A stretch of DNA of 63,714 nucleotides, counting the filler, from Rhabdomonas costata (lineage: Eukaryota): the NCBI GenBank assembly GCA_019059605.1. It is 54 parts of 54 records of this genome, joined end to end, with 100 filler letters (N's around TTAATTAATTAA, not from the genome) between each part and the next. Parts side by side here need not be neighbours in the genome. Positions count along the whole stretch, not along the records: positions 1 to 1,081 come from JAHMHO010029548.1; positions 1,182 to 2,263 come from JAHMHO010029549.1; positions 2,364 to 3,445 come from JAHMHO010029550.1; positions 3,546 to 4,628 come from JAHMHO010029551.1; positions 4,729 to 5,810 come from JAHMHO010029552.1; positions 5,911 to 6,992 come from JAHMHO010029553.1; positions 7,093 to 8,174 come from JAHMHO010029554.1; positions 8,275 to 9,356 come from JAHMHO010029555.1; 46 more parts are not named here. One strand, 5' to 3'. This document shows, piece after piece, positions 1 to 11,900 of this stretch (its first letter is position 1; each line of letters starts with the position of its first letter). The notes below the pieces were generated by a model. It searched no databases. It worked only from the letters and a program-made list of their open reading frames with translations, and was not told the origin of the DNA. Position numbers and translations under genes: made by a program.

Positions 1-1081
1 GGGGGTGGGGTGACGAGAATGAGTGCAAGGAAGATGGGTGGATCCTGGGTCGTGAAAATTGTCTGAACAAGCTGGGCGTTCCCGGTAATCAAACCGTAAA
101 CATCCCATAGCAGAACAGGGCTCTTTCTTTTCGTCCAACGCACGGCAACGAAAGGCACAGCAATCAGCAGGCACGCCCCTGAAATGTTTCAAAGGAAAGC
201 ACGCAATGGGCAGGCGCATTAGGAAGAGGCGTATCCCAACAACGCCCGCACAAAAAACAACTGTCAGAGGTCACAGGAACACCTAAAAGCGCAAGCAAAG
301 GGAAAGCCCGCATGAAAAAAACGAGAGAAAATTCTGAGGATACGCAGATGAGCGAGAGAAAGCGGCAAACTTGTGCGTGTTCCTGAAAACTACGAGTTGG
401 GAACATTTCAAAGGCACGAGTAAAGCATGCTTCTCCGCAGCATCGCTGTCAAGGGGACAGCACCAGCCATTTGCATGAAGAAAGGGGTGACAGAGGACGT
501 GAGTGCGTGAGTACTGCAAAGGAAAAAAAAGCAAAAGAAACCTTGGACAGCTTGCTGATGTGGCGGTGCTGTCTCAAGAGAGGGTAAAAAATCATCATCA
601 AATCTGCATCTCTTGACGAGCGAGAAAACAAAGACACCGAAAAAAAAACGGCGCTGCTCCTCACGGAATCCAACTTTTAAAAAAGGAAGTGCAGGGTGTG
701 TGTGCACCCCCGCCAGCAGCCACCATCATTGAGATTTCCAAGAAGAAATCCCAAAAAAAAAATCTCGAACAGGCGCAGTGAATCAGTTAACCCCTCAGAA
801 TGGGCTGCGACACTGCCTCTCTCTTCATCTTTTTGGAAGGCGCTGGGGTAATCGGAGGACTGGCCTGCCACCCAGACCTCAAGAACACCCAGAGCGTTCC
901 CGACGAAGTCCCTCGTTTTCACCACATTCGTTTTCGCCACATGGCTGAGCAGGGAAGGGAGAAAGCCTTTCTAGAAAGCGCTGTATGGGCCCCGGAACGA
1001 CGGCCGGGCTCGCAGCATCATGCTGATCAGACTGCACGGCTCGGGGTCCATGTCGCTGGAGCTGAGGGGAAGCCCAGGCAG

Positions 1082-1181
1082 NNNNNNNNNNNNNNNNNNN
1101 NNNNNNNNNNNNNNNNNNNNNNNNNTTAATTAATTAANNNNNNNNNNNNNNNNNNNNNNNNNNNNNNNNNNNNNNNNNNNN
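1082..1181. other. Artificial contig spacer N44-TTAATTAATTAA-N44 (first of 53, recurring about every 1.18 kb)
   Basis: Identical 100-nt spacer with stops in all six frames. It separates 54 size-sorted contigs of about 1078-1083 nt. Confidence 0.98.
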
Positions 1182-1876
1182 TTGTTGTGGTCTCGACATT
1201 GGTCTCTGTACTGGCGTGGTCGGAATTCTCGGCCTCCCGCATCTTCCTGGTGACAGAGATCTCGCATACACGTACCATAGACCACGTTCAGAAAAGCCTC
1301 TTCCTCGGAAGCTACCTTCCAAAGCTAGGCCTGCGATTTGGCGAGGTGGTTACTCCTGCGTTGAACTGAGAATCCCGTTGGTTTGTAAACATCACTTATT
1401 GCGCGTGCGCGAGGACAGTCGCCGCTAACTGAGGTCCAGTTGTTGACGTTGCCCAAAAGAGATTTGGAATCAATAATCTGCTCACTAAACCGTACAAACA
1501 CTTCGAATTCGACTGGTCTATGCAACCTAATGTCAAAAACGCCGTGCCATACCTCATTGTATCCAATTCCATTCATGTTCCCTTAGTTGCGACGGACTTT
1601 CTCAGCGACGCTACAATCACTTGTGGTGGGGCCTTGGCTTGAGATAATAATCACAGGGGTTTTCAATTGCTTCTTACAAAGATTGAGGATCATCCGCAAT
1701 CACCTTCGCCTGTATGTCCACCTCCAATCAACTCACAAGCAAGTGCTTCAGCGTAACCTCCAAATCTAGTACCATTCAAAAGTAATAAACCTGTCACAAA
1801 CAGCTGATTAATCTTGTAAATCCACACTATTTAGTCGCAAGTTCTCCTACCTGAAAACCACATTGTAGTCCCACGT

Positions 1877-2224
1877 TTAATGGCAAAAACGCTTCCGCAA
1901 AGTTTTATTAAAAATCCTCCCAATCTGCAAAAGTCTGGTCTGGGTCGATAATTCCCATCGCAAACGAACCGAGAGCTCCAGTTGCAAACACAATGACAAT
2001 TTGATATGGGACCCTACCAACCAAGTGAGGAAATTAGCTGCGTTTCCGTCGTATCTGGGAAACTCGGGGTCATTTTCCTTCAGTTTACGAAGCGCTCCAC
2101 TCACTGACTCAGCCTGATTCGGCACAACTGTCACGGTAACTGCTGCTATTCCGGATCCTGGGCCCTCTTGTCCACATGGCATTCCACCAGTTACTCTTAA
2201 TCTCAGAACCAGACTGTCCTTCAA
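1877..2224 (-). pseudogene. Possible decayed retrotransposon gag-like fragment
   Basis: The segment PEFPRYDGNAANFLTWL resembles the P-x-F/Y-D-G...W start of retrotransposon gag capsid domains. Surrounding frames are broken. Confidence 0.3.
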
Positions 2225-4785
2225 CTGTGTCGCCCTCTGCTGTTCTTCAAGCTGTCGAAACAGNNNNNNNNNNNNNNNNNNNNNNNNNNNNNNNNNNNNN
2301 NNNNNNNTTAATTAATTAANNNNNNNNNNNNNNNNNNNNNNNNNNNNNNNNNNNNNNNNNNNNTATGGTGGGTGTGTTTGGTTGTGGTGGTGCTCTTTGT
2401 GTGCTTGAGGAATTGACACGATTTGCCATAAAAAGAGAACATCACTGTCATTTACATAGCGGTAAACCAAAGCCACATTCAATTGACGGTGTGACCAGTG
2501 GGACCCAAAGCGCCTCACTCCAGAAGCAGCCAAGGAGGGAGCGGAAGAGTCTTCGGACTGCTGGTGAAGGCCTCGCCTGGAGCCCTGGCCCAAGCATGGG
2601 GTTTGGTGGGCACGAGAGCGGGAACGGCTGGACGACCACATCACCTCCCGCTGTGCAGCACAGCACAGCAGCGCCCAGGGACGGACAGGCATCCTCAGAG
2701 CGACAACAGCAGAAGCAAACGAAGGAACTAAGAGCTCTATAAAAAAAGAAAAATTCCTGGTCACACACTCCACGTCCTGTTCAACTCCATTTAACTCGGA
2801 CACCCTCCTCAGACAAGCACGCCGACGGGGCTCCCTGGCGAAGGAGCTTGCATTCACGGGCGCGGAACCACTGCTGACTGCCTTGAGTGAGTTTCAATGT
2901 CAAAGTTGTATCTTGGGGTTCAAATCGAACTGGAAACAAAAGGTCAATAAAATCTCCAGGCCTCTACTACATGCCAGATGGGCACTCCTCAATAGTCTTT
3001 GCTTATTCACGAATCGTCTCCCAGCCTTTGCCCAAATACCCGCCCACACCCAAAGCCTACAAATGGTGTGATGTCACAAACCTTAACATCGAGCAGTGAA
3101 GTGAAAAATCTTTTTGAGTTCATGCGCATGATATGCGGAAGTTTTAGCTGACAACGTCACCCAGGGCCCAGGATGTGACGATAATGTTGGGGGCAAACAA
3201 ATGCTCAAAACATGATCCTGAAAAATACCATCGATAAGCTTAAATCAAAAAGAAAAAGCCACATGAAGAACCACATGGAACATCTGGAAACACAACCTCC
3301 TCCGATTCTGGCTTTTCAAGAATTCACATGCGGTGGTTACGAGGGGCGAGCTTAATGGGAGCTGTCGAAAGTGCCCTTTACCATCATTTGGCGACATTTA
3401 CGCCATATAAGGGCTTTTTGACTCCTCCCAATGGCCCCCCAACCCNNNNNNNNNNNNNNNNNNNNNNNNNNNNNNNNNNNNNNNNNNNNTTAATTAATTA
3501 ANNNNNNNNNNNNNNNNNNNNNNNNNNNNNNNNNNNNNNNNNNNNTTGTGTGTGTAAGTGAGTATGTGCAATCAGCCAGGGATGCCTGGTGTTGTTTGGC
3601 GAAAGACGGGAGGAGGGGGCCCTGCCCCCACATTATCAATCAAATCTCGTGCACGTAACATCTTCGACGCTCGCAGAATCGTATCAAGGACGGACTGAAG
3701 CGATTTACTGCAGTCGCTGAAATGTGGCTTTATATCAAGCTGCAGGCTGCAAGGCTGTGGGACGCGGCGCAGCGCTTCCTTTGGTGAACATATGCTTGAT
3801 GACTTGTGCGTGCTCACTTCTCTGCTTTTGTGGGCTCTCATTGTTTTCTTCCCAAGACACGACAGGTGACTCCGTTCTAGACATAAAACCGCCTGCTGCG
3901 TCCGAGTACCGCTGCCCCCCCGCTGTGTATTTTGTATTGAAAACTTTTGCACGGTCGCTCTGAAGCGGTTTTCCGCATGGGCTTTCTGTGGTTTTGGTGT
4001 TTAGCAACTTCAGGCATTAGGGTACCACCGGTGTGGCTGACATTGTCCTGCAGGTACTACCAGGACTACACCCCAGGCCAAGGCATGCCGCCCTCCACGA
4101 TGTTAGCCACCGGAAAGAGCCTCTCCGTCAACTCCGTTTCAATTCTCACCTTCTCAGTACGGCCCTTCCCCCCACGACTGCACCATTCTTTCCAATTTTA
4201 TTGTGATCGACGTTTTCAAATAGGATCGCGTTAGCGAGCGGCTGCGAATAGGTACCAATGTGTCGCTGAACTCGCAATTCGCAACGGGCGGGAACTCTCT
4301 AAAAATGTTTCCTGATTCAGATGGAATTTTGCAGAGGGTTAGAGAGCGACTCAGGATTTCGGATGCTTTAGCCCATTTGAAAACATTTACCGCTTCCTTC
4401 CTGTCTCTTACCCGATTTGCTTCGTTACTTGCCTCGTGTTTCTTGTCTCCCGTGATAGTCATTGCACGGTGAACCAATTGTTTGCTGCTGCCACCAGTGA
4501 CCTCACGTACTGGAGGTAAAAAAAAATACAAGGGCTGTCGACCGCCCCCCCCCCTTTAAGCGCACATAAGGGCGTGAAAGAGGGCGCTAAAGTGAGAGCG
4601 AAGAAGACGAATCTGGAGTGCATCACCCNNNNNNNNNNNNNNNNNNNNNNNNNNNNNNNNNNNNNNNNNNNNTTAATTAATTAANNNNNNNNNNNNNNNN
4701 NNNNNNNNNNNNNNNNNNNNNNNNNNNNGGTTTGGGGTATTAATGTCAAAATTTATCATAAGGAGGGTCCAATTTGGGATGCCAG

Positions 4786-4945
4786 AAAAAGACGATAGTA
4801 AACACCATCGTTAATAGACGATAGTGAACACTGTCGACATCTTTGACTCACTGTTGTCTTTCCAAAGGCGATAAAAAACACTATAGTCTTTGGAAAGACG
4901 ATAGTAACGCTATTGGAAGTCGATATTCAACATTGTCGTCTTTTT
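4786..4945. repeat. Cluster of short inverted-repeat modules (GACGATAGT / ACTATCGTC-like)
   Basis: GACGATAGT occurs at 4791, 4817 and 4897, with near-complements at 4804, 4830, 4850, 4880 and 4932. The outer ends AAAAAGACGA / TCGTCTTTTT are inverted. Confidence 0.7.
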
Positions 4946-7900
4946 GACTTCACGACCTATCGCGCGCTTGCGTGTGTGGGACAGACCAAGTAGGTGGGTG
5001 AAAGGGCCGGCCCCCGATCGTTTTAACTTGCTTAACCTTTGCCCCCAGTGAGATGTCTGTTTGCGTTTGTTAAGTGTCGGGTGTGCAGGCATCATGGCAA
5101 TCTCCTTGCTGCTGATGCACCCTGTCTACTCCGCCATTCGAGATGGCTCGACCAACAGCGTCTGGTGCGTGCGAATGAGCGGGGTTCAAGGGCTGAAGTC
5201 TTGGGAAAAGAACCGTATGAAAGCAAGAGAGAAAATAAATCAATGCCTCAAACAAAAAAATACAAAGATGCCCACACCATGCAACCACAGGATCTGTTGC
5301 TGTGTTGCGCCGAGAAGTGTTTGCTGCTTGAATTCTTGATTTGGGGACGACCAGACTCAACTTTCAGATGCCTTGCCGTTCCTGCCTTCATGCCTTTCAG
5401 CTGATTCCTATGCCGCGTGGCCCCTCCAAAAAGGGTTGGCGTTGGTTTTCTTTCGTGTGCTTTGTATGCCCCTTGTATGCCCTACCCTCACAGGTGCTTT
5501 GTCCTGCTGTTCCTTTTCATTGCGGGCTTCGAGTTCGGCCCGGGCACTCTCTTTGCCGTGATTGTTAACGAGACCTTGCCGGAGCAGGTGTGAGCTCCTT
5601 CCCCCCATCCTTTTTGTGGCTTCCCTCTGCCAAGTTACAACAACCAGCTAATGGGTGGGGTAGTCGAAGAGCTTGGAGCGGCGTCCTTCACAAGTTGAGC
5701 ACCGTAACCCCATGTGTCTCTTCCAGTCCGCTTGCTTCTCCTTGCGGGCTGGGGCTTGGGGCTGCAGATTCTTTCGACGGCCTCCCCCCTGATCGGGATG
5801 ACCCACAACCNNNNNNNNNNNNNNNNNNNNNNNNNNNNNNNNNNNNNNNNNNNNTTAATTAATTAANNNNNNNNNNNNNNNNNNNNNNNNNNNNNNNNNN
5901 NNNNNNNNNNTTGCTTGCACAAGGTGGGCGCTGCCTCGGCTTACCTATGTGTCTTGGTACCTAGAACGGGGCGGAGGTCTCTTCCGTTTGTCCGGGGGTC
6001 GCTCTGGTGCTCTCTTCGGGCGTAGCCTTTCTGAAACCAACCACTTTTCGATTTACCAAGCCGCTTCGGCGTAAATCTGGCGACCTCTGGGGGCACAACT
6101 CTGCAGGTCAGGGGGGGTTCACTTGTGGATCGTGAAGGCTGCTTTAGGCACAGGGGGTGTCTCTTGGCCGGGCCTTTGTGCCCACATCTTCTGTGCTGTG
6201 GAGTGGTTTCGCTGGGCGGGTCTCGCCGCTTATGCCTTTCCCCAATCTCCCACCCAAAAAGAAGGCTGTGGAAGTGGCACGCGACCGCACACACACACAC
6301 ACACACACACCCTGTCCTGTGTTCACCGCACTAACTCCACACCCTTTTTCCACCCTCTCCATCTGCTGGTGCCTCGGGTCTCCGCGGCTCTCGCCTGCGG
6401 TTCCGCTGTGGTTCTGCTACACCTCCTCTAATCAAGGACCTCGCTCTGTAATTCTCGTAGTTCTTAGCGTTCAAGGGCACCAGTGTAGTCAGGAAGAACT
6501 CTCGAAATCTGCCTGACCTGTGAAAAACTCGGGAGAAAGGTGAGAATGCAACTTTCTTCCTCCGGAACCCTGGAACACACCCTGTGGATTTCTAATGCGG
6601 TCGGGTCGTGTGCTGTCTACCTCCTTCCACGTGACTTCCCTCCATTGGCCTGGCTCTCTGCCTCGCCTGGGGTCTTTCCCACTGTCTCTCTGCTGGCCTT
6701 CCATCTCTCACCTTGCCCTGCTCTGCTCGCCTTCTCGCCCAGCTGGTTGATATATAGCCTGACCCATGGCCTGGCCAGGAGCTGGCCCACGAGGGGCTGA
6801 GCTTCGACTTCTGTATCAGCTGACCCTTGACAAAAGGGCACTCTGGAAACATCTGGGGAATGTCTGTGTCCCACGCATGTGTCTTTCCCCCTCTGTCTCT
6901 GGATGTGGAACACCTGGGTGATCTTGACCGGTACAGCTTAACGATGACGTCTTCTTCCCGAACGCCACAGACTTTTGAGCTCCACACCCTACNNNNNNNN
7001 NNNNNNNNNNNNNNNNNNNNNNNNNNNNNNNNNNNNTTAATTAATTAANNNNNNNNNNNNNNNNNNNNNNNNNNNNNNNNNNNNNNNNNNNNGGGTTGTT
7101 TGTCCCCATCACCATCTCTATTTTGCAACACATGGCAGCACTTCAGGTCGTTCGTTGAGGGCAGCAGTTGGTTGGCGGGGGGATGTCTTGTGTTTGCCTC
7201 CCCCTCACTTTGGTTTTTCTCCTTGCACACCCCCGTCCCACTCCCAGGGTTTCGTGGCGTTGTTTCGTGCTTCTCTGTATCTGTGTCGTGGACCAAGCTC
7301 TGGAACAGTGCCACTGTGATGTTGCATATGTATGTAGTCTCCGTTCCTTTCTGTGCACCCCAGACGCATTTTTTTGAAGAAATGGGAACCAAACTATGGC
7401 GCTTTGAACGGAAAACAAGCAACTATGCAGTCAAGGTTCACTGAAAGACACTTTTAACATCACAAAAGGGCTTGTACTAAAACTTGACCCCCTCCCCCCG
7501 TGAACCACCCCTCTGGTTCACGTCCCTGAATCAAAATGTTTGGGGAGGGACACACACAACACAGCATCGCCCATTACGAAACCGAAGGCCAACAGCAGAG
7601 AGAAACGCAGCGTCTCAAGGCATTCCCTCATGATGGTATCGCGTCAAACTGCGCATTTATAGGAGGTTGACACGAGGTTACACGAAAAGCGCTAGCTGCG
7701 GGTAGTTAGGACCACGTGGGAGTGAATTTTCGGGGAGAGGGTCCTCATGCCTACCTGGAGGGTGAGCTGGATTTACTCTGTTTCTGCTATGGACAGGTGC
7801 CGGGCACGGGTCGTGCTGCTTCCTGGGCGGCAGTTCCCCTAAACAAAAATGCTAGCAAACGGGAAATATCGAGGAATATATACGAATATGCACAAGCATA

Positions 7901-8456
7901 TACAATAATACCGACGCTCGACGCTGAATAGCGATTCAAGAGTGGTAATGATGACAGCACCCAGGGAGGCTCTCGTTCAAAAGCCTCTCGCACAGTCTCT
8001 CACACTAAAAAGGCGGCCGGCGTAACGCAGTACTTTTCGTTTCTTTCTCGTGCAGTCTTGGACGTTCGCACGGTGATTCGTATGATCTGCACACCACATC
8101 CCACCACAGCTGCAAGTCGAACCGCTTGAGCACATTTACAACAGCAGTCATTCTCCCGTACCACCCACCCCCCCNNNNNNNNNNNNNNNNNNNNNNNNNN
8201 NNNNNNNNNNNNNNNNNNTTAATTAATTAANNNNNNNNNNNNNNNNNNNNNNNNNNNNNNNNNNNNNNNNNNNNCTTCAGTGGAAACAAACCTTGCGCAT
8301 GACAACAGTGCAGCAAAGCGTCGCGTGCGTCCGGTTTCTGTCCCCGGTCCAGACACTAGGCGGAGCTGGCAACCGCGTTAAAAACAAGCACCCGTAAGAG
8401 CCTCCCTCCTCTTGGGGGAGTTGAGAATGCTCATAAAACGGCGTATTCGTTCATTC

Positions 8457-8618
8457 GATATTATAGTATAATGGCTATAATACCCCATTATAGCTATAAT
8501 GGGGAATCATAGCTATTGTACTGGAATATCACTATACTATAAGATTTTATATCGTTATCGTATAATACCATTTTAGTATAATGATATTATAGTATAATGA
8601 CTATAGTACCCCATTATA
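8457..8618. repeat. AT-rich patch with a ~35-bp direct repeat and a perfect 22-bp palindrome
   Basis: GATATTATAGTATAATG(G/A)CTATA(A/G)TACCCCATTATA occurs twice (~8457, ~8583). CCCCATTATAGCTATAATGGGG at 8483-8504 is self-complementary. Confidence 0.7.
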
Positions 8619-8764
8619 CGGGCACCCCCCCCCTCAAGTATCATTTTACCACTCGGCGTTTGCTGATCGGAAACTTCCGCTTCCGGCTCCATTGGGAATT
8701 GCTTGGTTGTAATTATGTCGTCGAACACATACACGCACACACTTTCTCTCATCGGCACCCACAG

Positions 8765-8974
8765 GTCGGGCTGGTCTTCTATGCCGTGTATATCCTGTGG
8801 CAGAGGGCTGTCTCCCGTTCAGATGGCACCGCAGAGTCCATGGACGGGCACTCCCTCTATGTGATTGTCACTGCACTGACCTTTGTCGCGGTGGGGGTGC
8901 TCTCGCTGCCTCCGCCTGCCGTCGTTGTGTGCGGTGCCGTGGTGGGAATTTTGGAGTGGCTAGCCACTCGGTGA
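8765..8974 (+). CDS. Last exon of a chromate ion transporter (CHR family)-like membrane protein
   Basis: Acceptor cacag|GTC. VGLVFYAVYILW...YVIVTALTFVAVGVLSLPPPAVVVCGAVVGILEW* resembles the C-terminus of eukaryotic CHR transporters (VGLVFxAVYxLW). Confidence 0.6.
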   Translation, partial: VGLVFYAVYILWQRAVSRSDGTAESMDGHSLYVIVTALTFVAVGVLSLPPPAVVVCGAVVGILEWLATR

Positions 8975-11900
8975 TGTGCCGTCAGGGGAACTGCGAGGGG
9001 AAGGAGGGATGGCAGCGAGCGGAGTCGGCGTCGCGTTCCCCGATACCTGCATGCTTGCTCTGCCTTCGTGCCTTGTATCAGTTACTCCACCTTTTGTGAA
9101 TTCTCTGTTCAACTCTGGCCAACATTCACGCCCGTAAATACCTGTTTGCTTCCAGGTTGAACTGTGCGCAAGTTTATCCGTCCACTTCGCACACTCAGCC
9201 ACTCAAACGGGCTGTCCTCTGGATCGGCTGTGACTAGACATCTCCCCCCTTGAAGGAACACCCCAGGGTCCCTGGTCTGGGCAAGGGCACACTTCCCCAC
9301 GCCACTGTCAGTGCGGGTGCAGTTCCTTCGGGCCTGAGCCAGGGCTACACCAAAAANNNNNNNNNNNNNNNNNNNNNNNNNNNNNNNNNNNNNNNNNNNN
9401 TTAATTAATTAANNNNNNNNNNNNNNNNNNNNNNNNNNNNNNNNNNNNNNNNNNNNTGTGGTGGGTGTGGTTGGTGGTGTTGGGATGACAGGTCACAAAT
9501 CCGACGATTGGCGGGAAAGGGAGCCGGGTAGCATCCAAGTGAGCTGCCTTCCTTAAACATCATTCAGAGTGCAGCCTTTGTTTCCCCCGATGACAAGGCG
9601 TGCGTTGTTACATGCCCCTTCAGACCCTTGCAGGCAGCGGTGACGATCACGGCGAACCCCTTCCGCATTGCCTCTGCAGCATTGTTTCAAGCATTCCCAG
9701 GTCCAAACACGACGTGAAACGCGCTCGCAAACACGGGCAAAGCTTTCGGGACACACCCGTCAGCGGCTGCAACTTTGGGCGTCGGGCTTCCTTGCATGGG
9801 TGGATGTGTTAACAGAAATCCTGGGCTGTGTTGTTTGCCGATGTAAGACGGTCGGGCTCTCTCTCTTTCCCACCGGCATCTGTTTTTTTGTTGGTAGTGT
9901 TACTGCCCTCCCGCCCCCCAATCACTTTTAGAAACTATGAGCGGCGCCTTACCGCCCATTGCACCTGGTGGTGCTATGCAGTTCCTCTGTCTTGCCCAAC
10001 GGTTTGGTAGAAAAACGGAGGCTTCCGAAGGGAAGCTGTTTGTTTCAAAGATATGCCCGGTCTAGGCCCGCTTCTCCAAGCCTGGCTAGACCGGCATTGC
10101 AGTGTGTTGGTTTTCGAAAAAAAAATTATCCAGCCTGTTTTGATCTCTTGCCAATTGCTGCACTCATGATTTCACATATTAATTGTTGCTCTCGCGGTAC
10201 AGGTCTTCACTCCGTGAAATGGAGCGACGCATCGTCCACAGGAATGGCCTACTTTGACACCTTGCTGGCGAGGCAGCACGCTCGAATAAACATCCAGGTT
10301 CTAGTTTGCTACGGATTTCGCCGTTGCGACGGATTTTCCCTCCCTCCTTCTTGCTGCCAGCTTATATAGCGTCTCTTTGCACCAGATTCTTTTACCGTGG
10401 GTTTGTTATCTTCGGTGCAAGCCTTTGATGTTGTAGATGCCTTCCAGTTTCAGGGTCCATCTGTGAGACAAGCTGTCCTTCTCTCTTTCGCAGCACACAG
10501 ATGGACCCTGAAACTGGAAGGCATCTACAACCACAAACNNNNNNNNNNNNNNNNNNNNNNNNNNNNNNNNNNNNNNNNNNNNTTAATTAATTAANNNNNN
10601 NNNNNNNNNNNNNNNNNNNNNNNNNNNNNNNNNNNNNNGGTTGGTGTGTCGACACTGGGGTTTGTTGATGTGCCTTCATATTGCTCTTCTTCAAATTGGG
10701 GACGCTTGCTCAACGCTTGCTCAGCATGCTCACCTGTAAAGTTCTGTTGACTGTCGCTTCCTTGCATTTTGCAGTGCTCCCGTTGCTGCAGGTTGGGTGA
10801 TGCCTGGCTTTCCGGAAGAAGTCGGGCGAACGTTTCCAAAGGGTGTGTGCCTGTCTGTGTGGTTGAGTTTGTGCTTCGGGTTCTGCTCTTTCTCTCTCGT
10901 GAGACCCAAATGGTGGTTTGAAGTATTCATAACTATTTTGAGCATCCGAGAATGCGAGGCCTTCCCAGGTTTGGCATCGCTTTCTTGCGACGTCCCCCAC
11001 TCCTCACCACCGCTTTCCCAGCCAGATGTGTGTCACCTCTCCCATACATATAACTTTGAAACAAAACTGTGTCGCCGATATTTCTAACAGCAGGAAAACA
11101 CAATGTTTTGATTTCCAATTTCTTTCTGCGTGTCATCTCTTTAGCTGCTTAACTTCCGAGGTCACATCCTGTTAGCTCCACCCTAACTATCCTTTTTTTG
11201 ACCTTTTGACCTGGTTTGAGTCACGGGTGAAGTGAAGTGGGGGTGGGTTCGCAGCGACAGTGCTGCAGGGGCTGACGGGGATTCCCCACGCCTTCTGCGT
11301 GCAGCACTCCGCTGAGGTCGCGGCGATGGTGCGACAGTGGCTGCTAGGCCTGAGATGAGCCACCGACCCACTTTCTCACATTTACTTGAGTGTGTCTGTG
11401 GGTTTGTGACGCTGCTGTAATGGGGTGCTGCCTCCTGAGGATGATCCTTGTGTATGGCCCTTCGTTTTGCAAACCTCGGACTTCGAGAATCAGTCGCATA
11501 GTCGCATGCGAGAGAGCGCATATGTGTTGTGCAATCGGAAAATAGCAGGAACAGCAAAAGCTTCCCATCGGCACAGCAAGACACAGGACCGAAGAGTTGC
11601 ACAGGCTCTGCAGTTATAGGTAGGGGGAATAAATCGGGAGTGAGAGCCCTTGGATAAACTGGTGCTTTTGCTCTTACCAGTAAACCTGGATTTGGCTCCC
11701 GATTTATTCCCCCCACCCCCNNNNNNNNNNNNNNNNNNNNNNNNNNNNNNNNNNNNNNNNNNNNTTAATTAATTAANNNNNNNNNNNNNNNNNNNNNNNN
11801 NNNNNNNNNNNNNNNNNNNNGTAATGCCAGCCACGGTTTTACTTCCCATTTACCTCTGAGAGGAAGGTGACGGTGCTCCACTTCGGAAGCACCCAAGTAC

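Noticed and set aside
1126..1137. Regularly spaced TTAATTAATTAA repeat, CRISPR-like periodicity
   Set aside because: It is an artificial stop-codon linker inside N runs. ORFs ending in X...LIN are artefacts of it.
10430..10531. Perfect 36-bp inverted repeat (10430-10465 / 10496-10531)
   Set aside because: One arm abuts the contig end and primer-like tail, which is typical of a WGA fold-back chimera.
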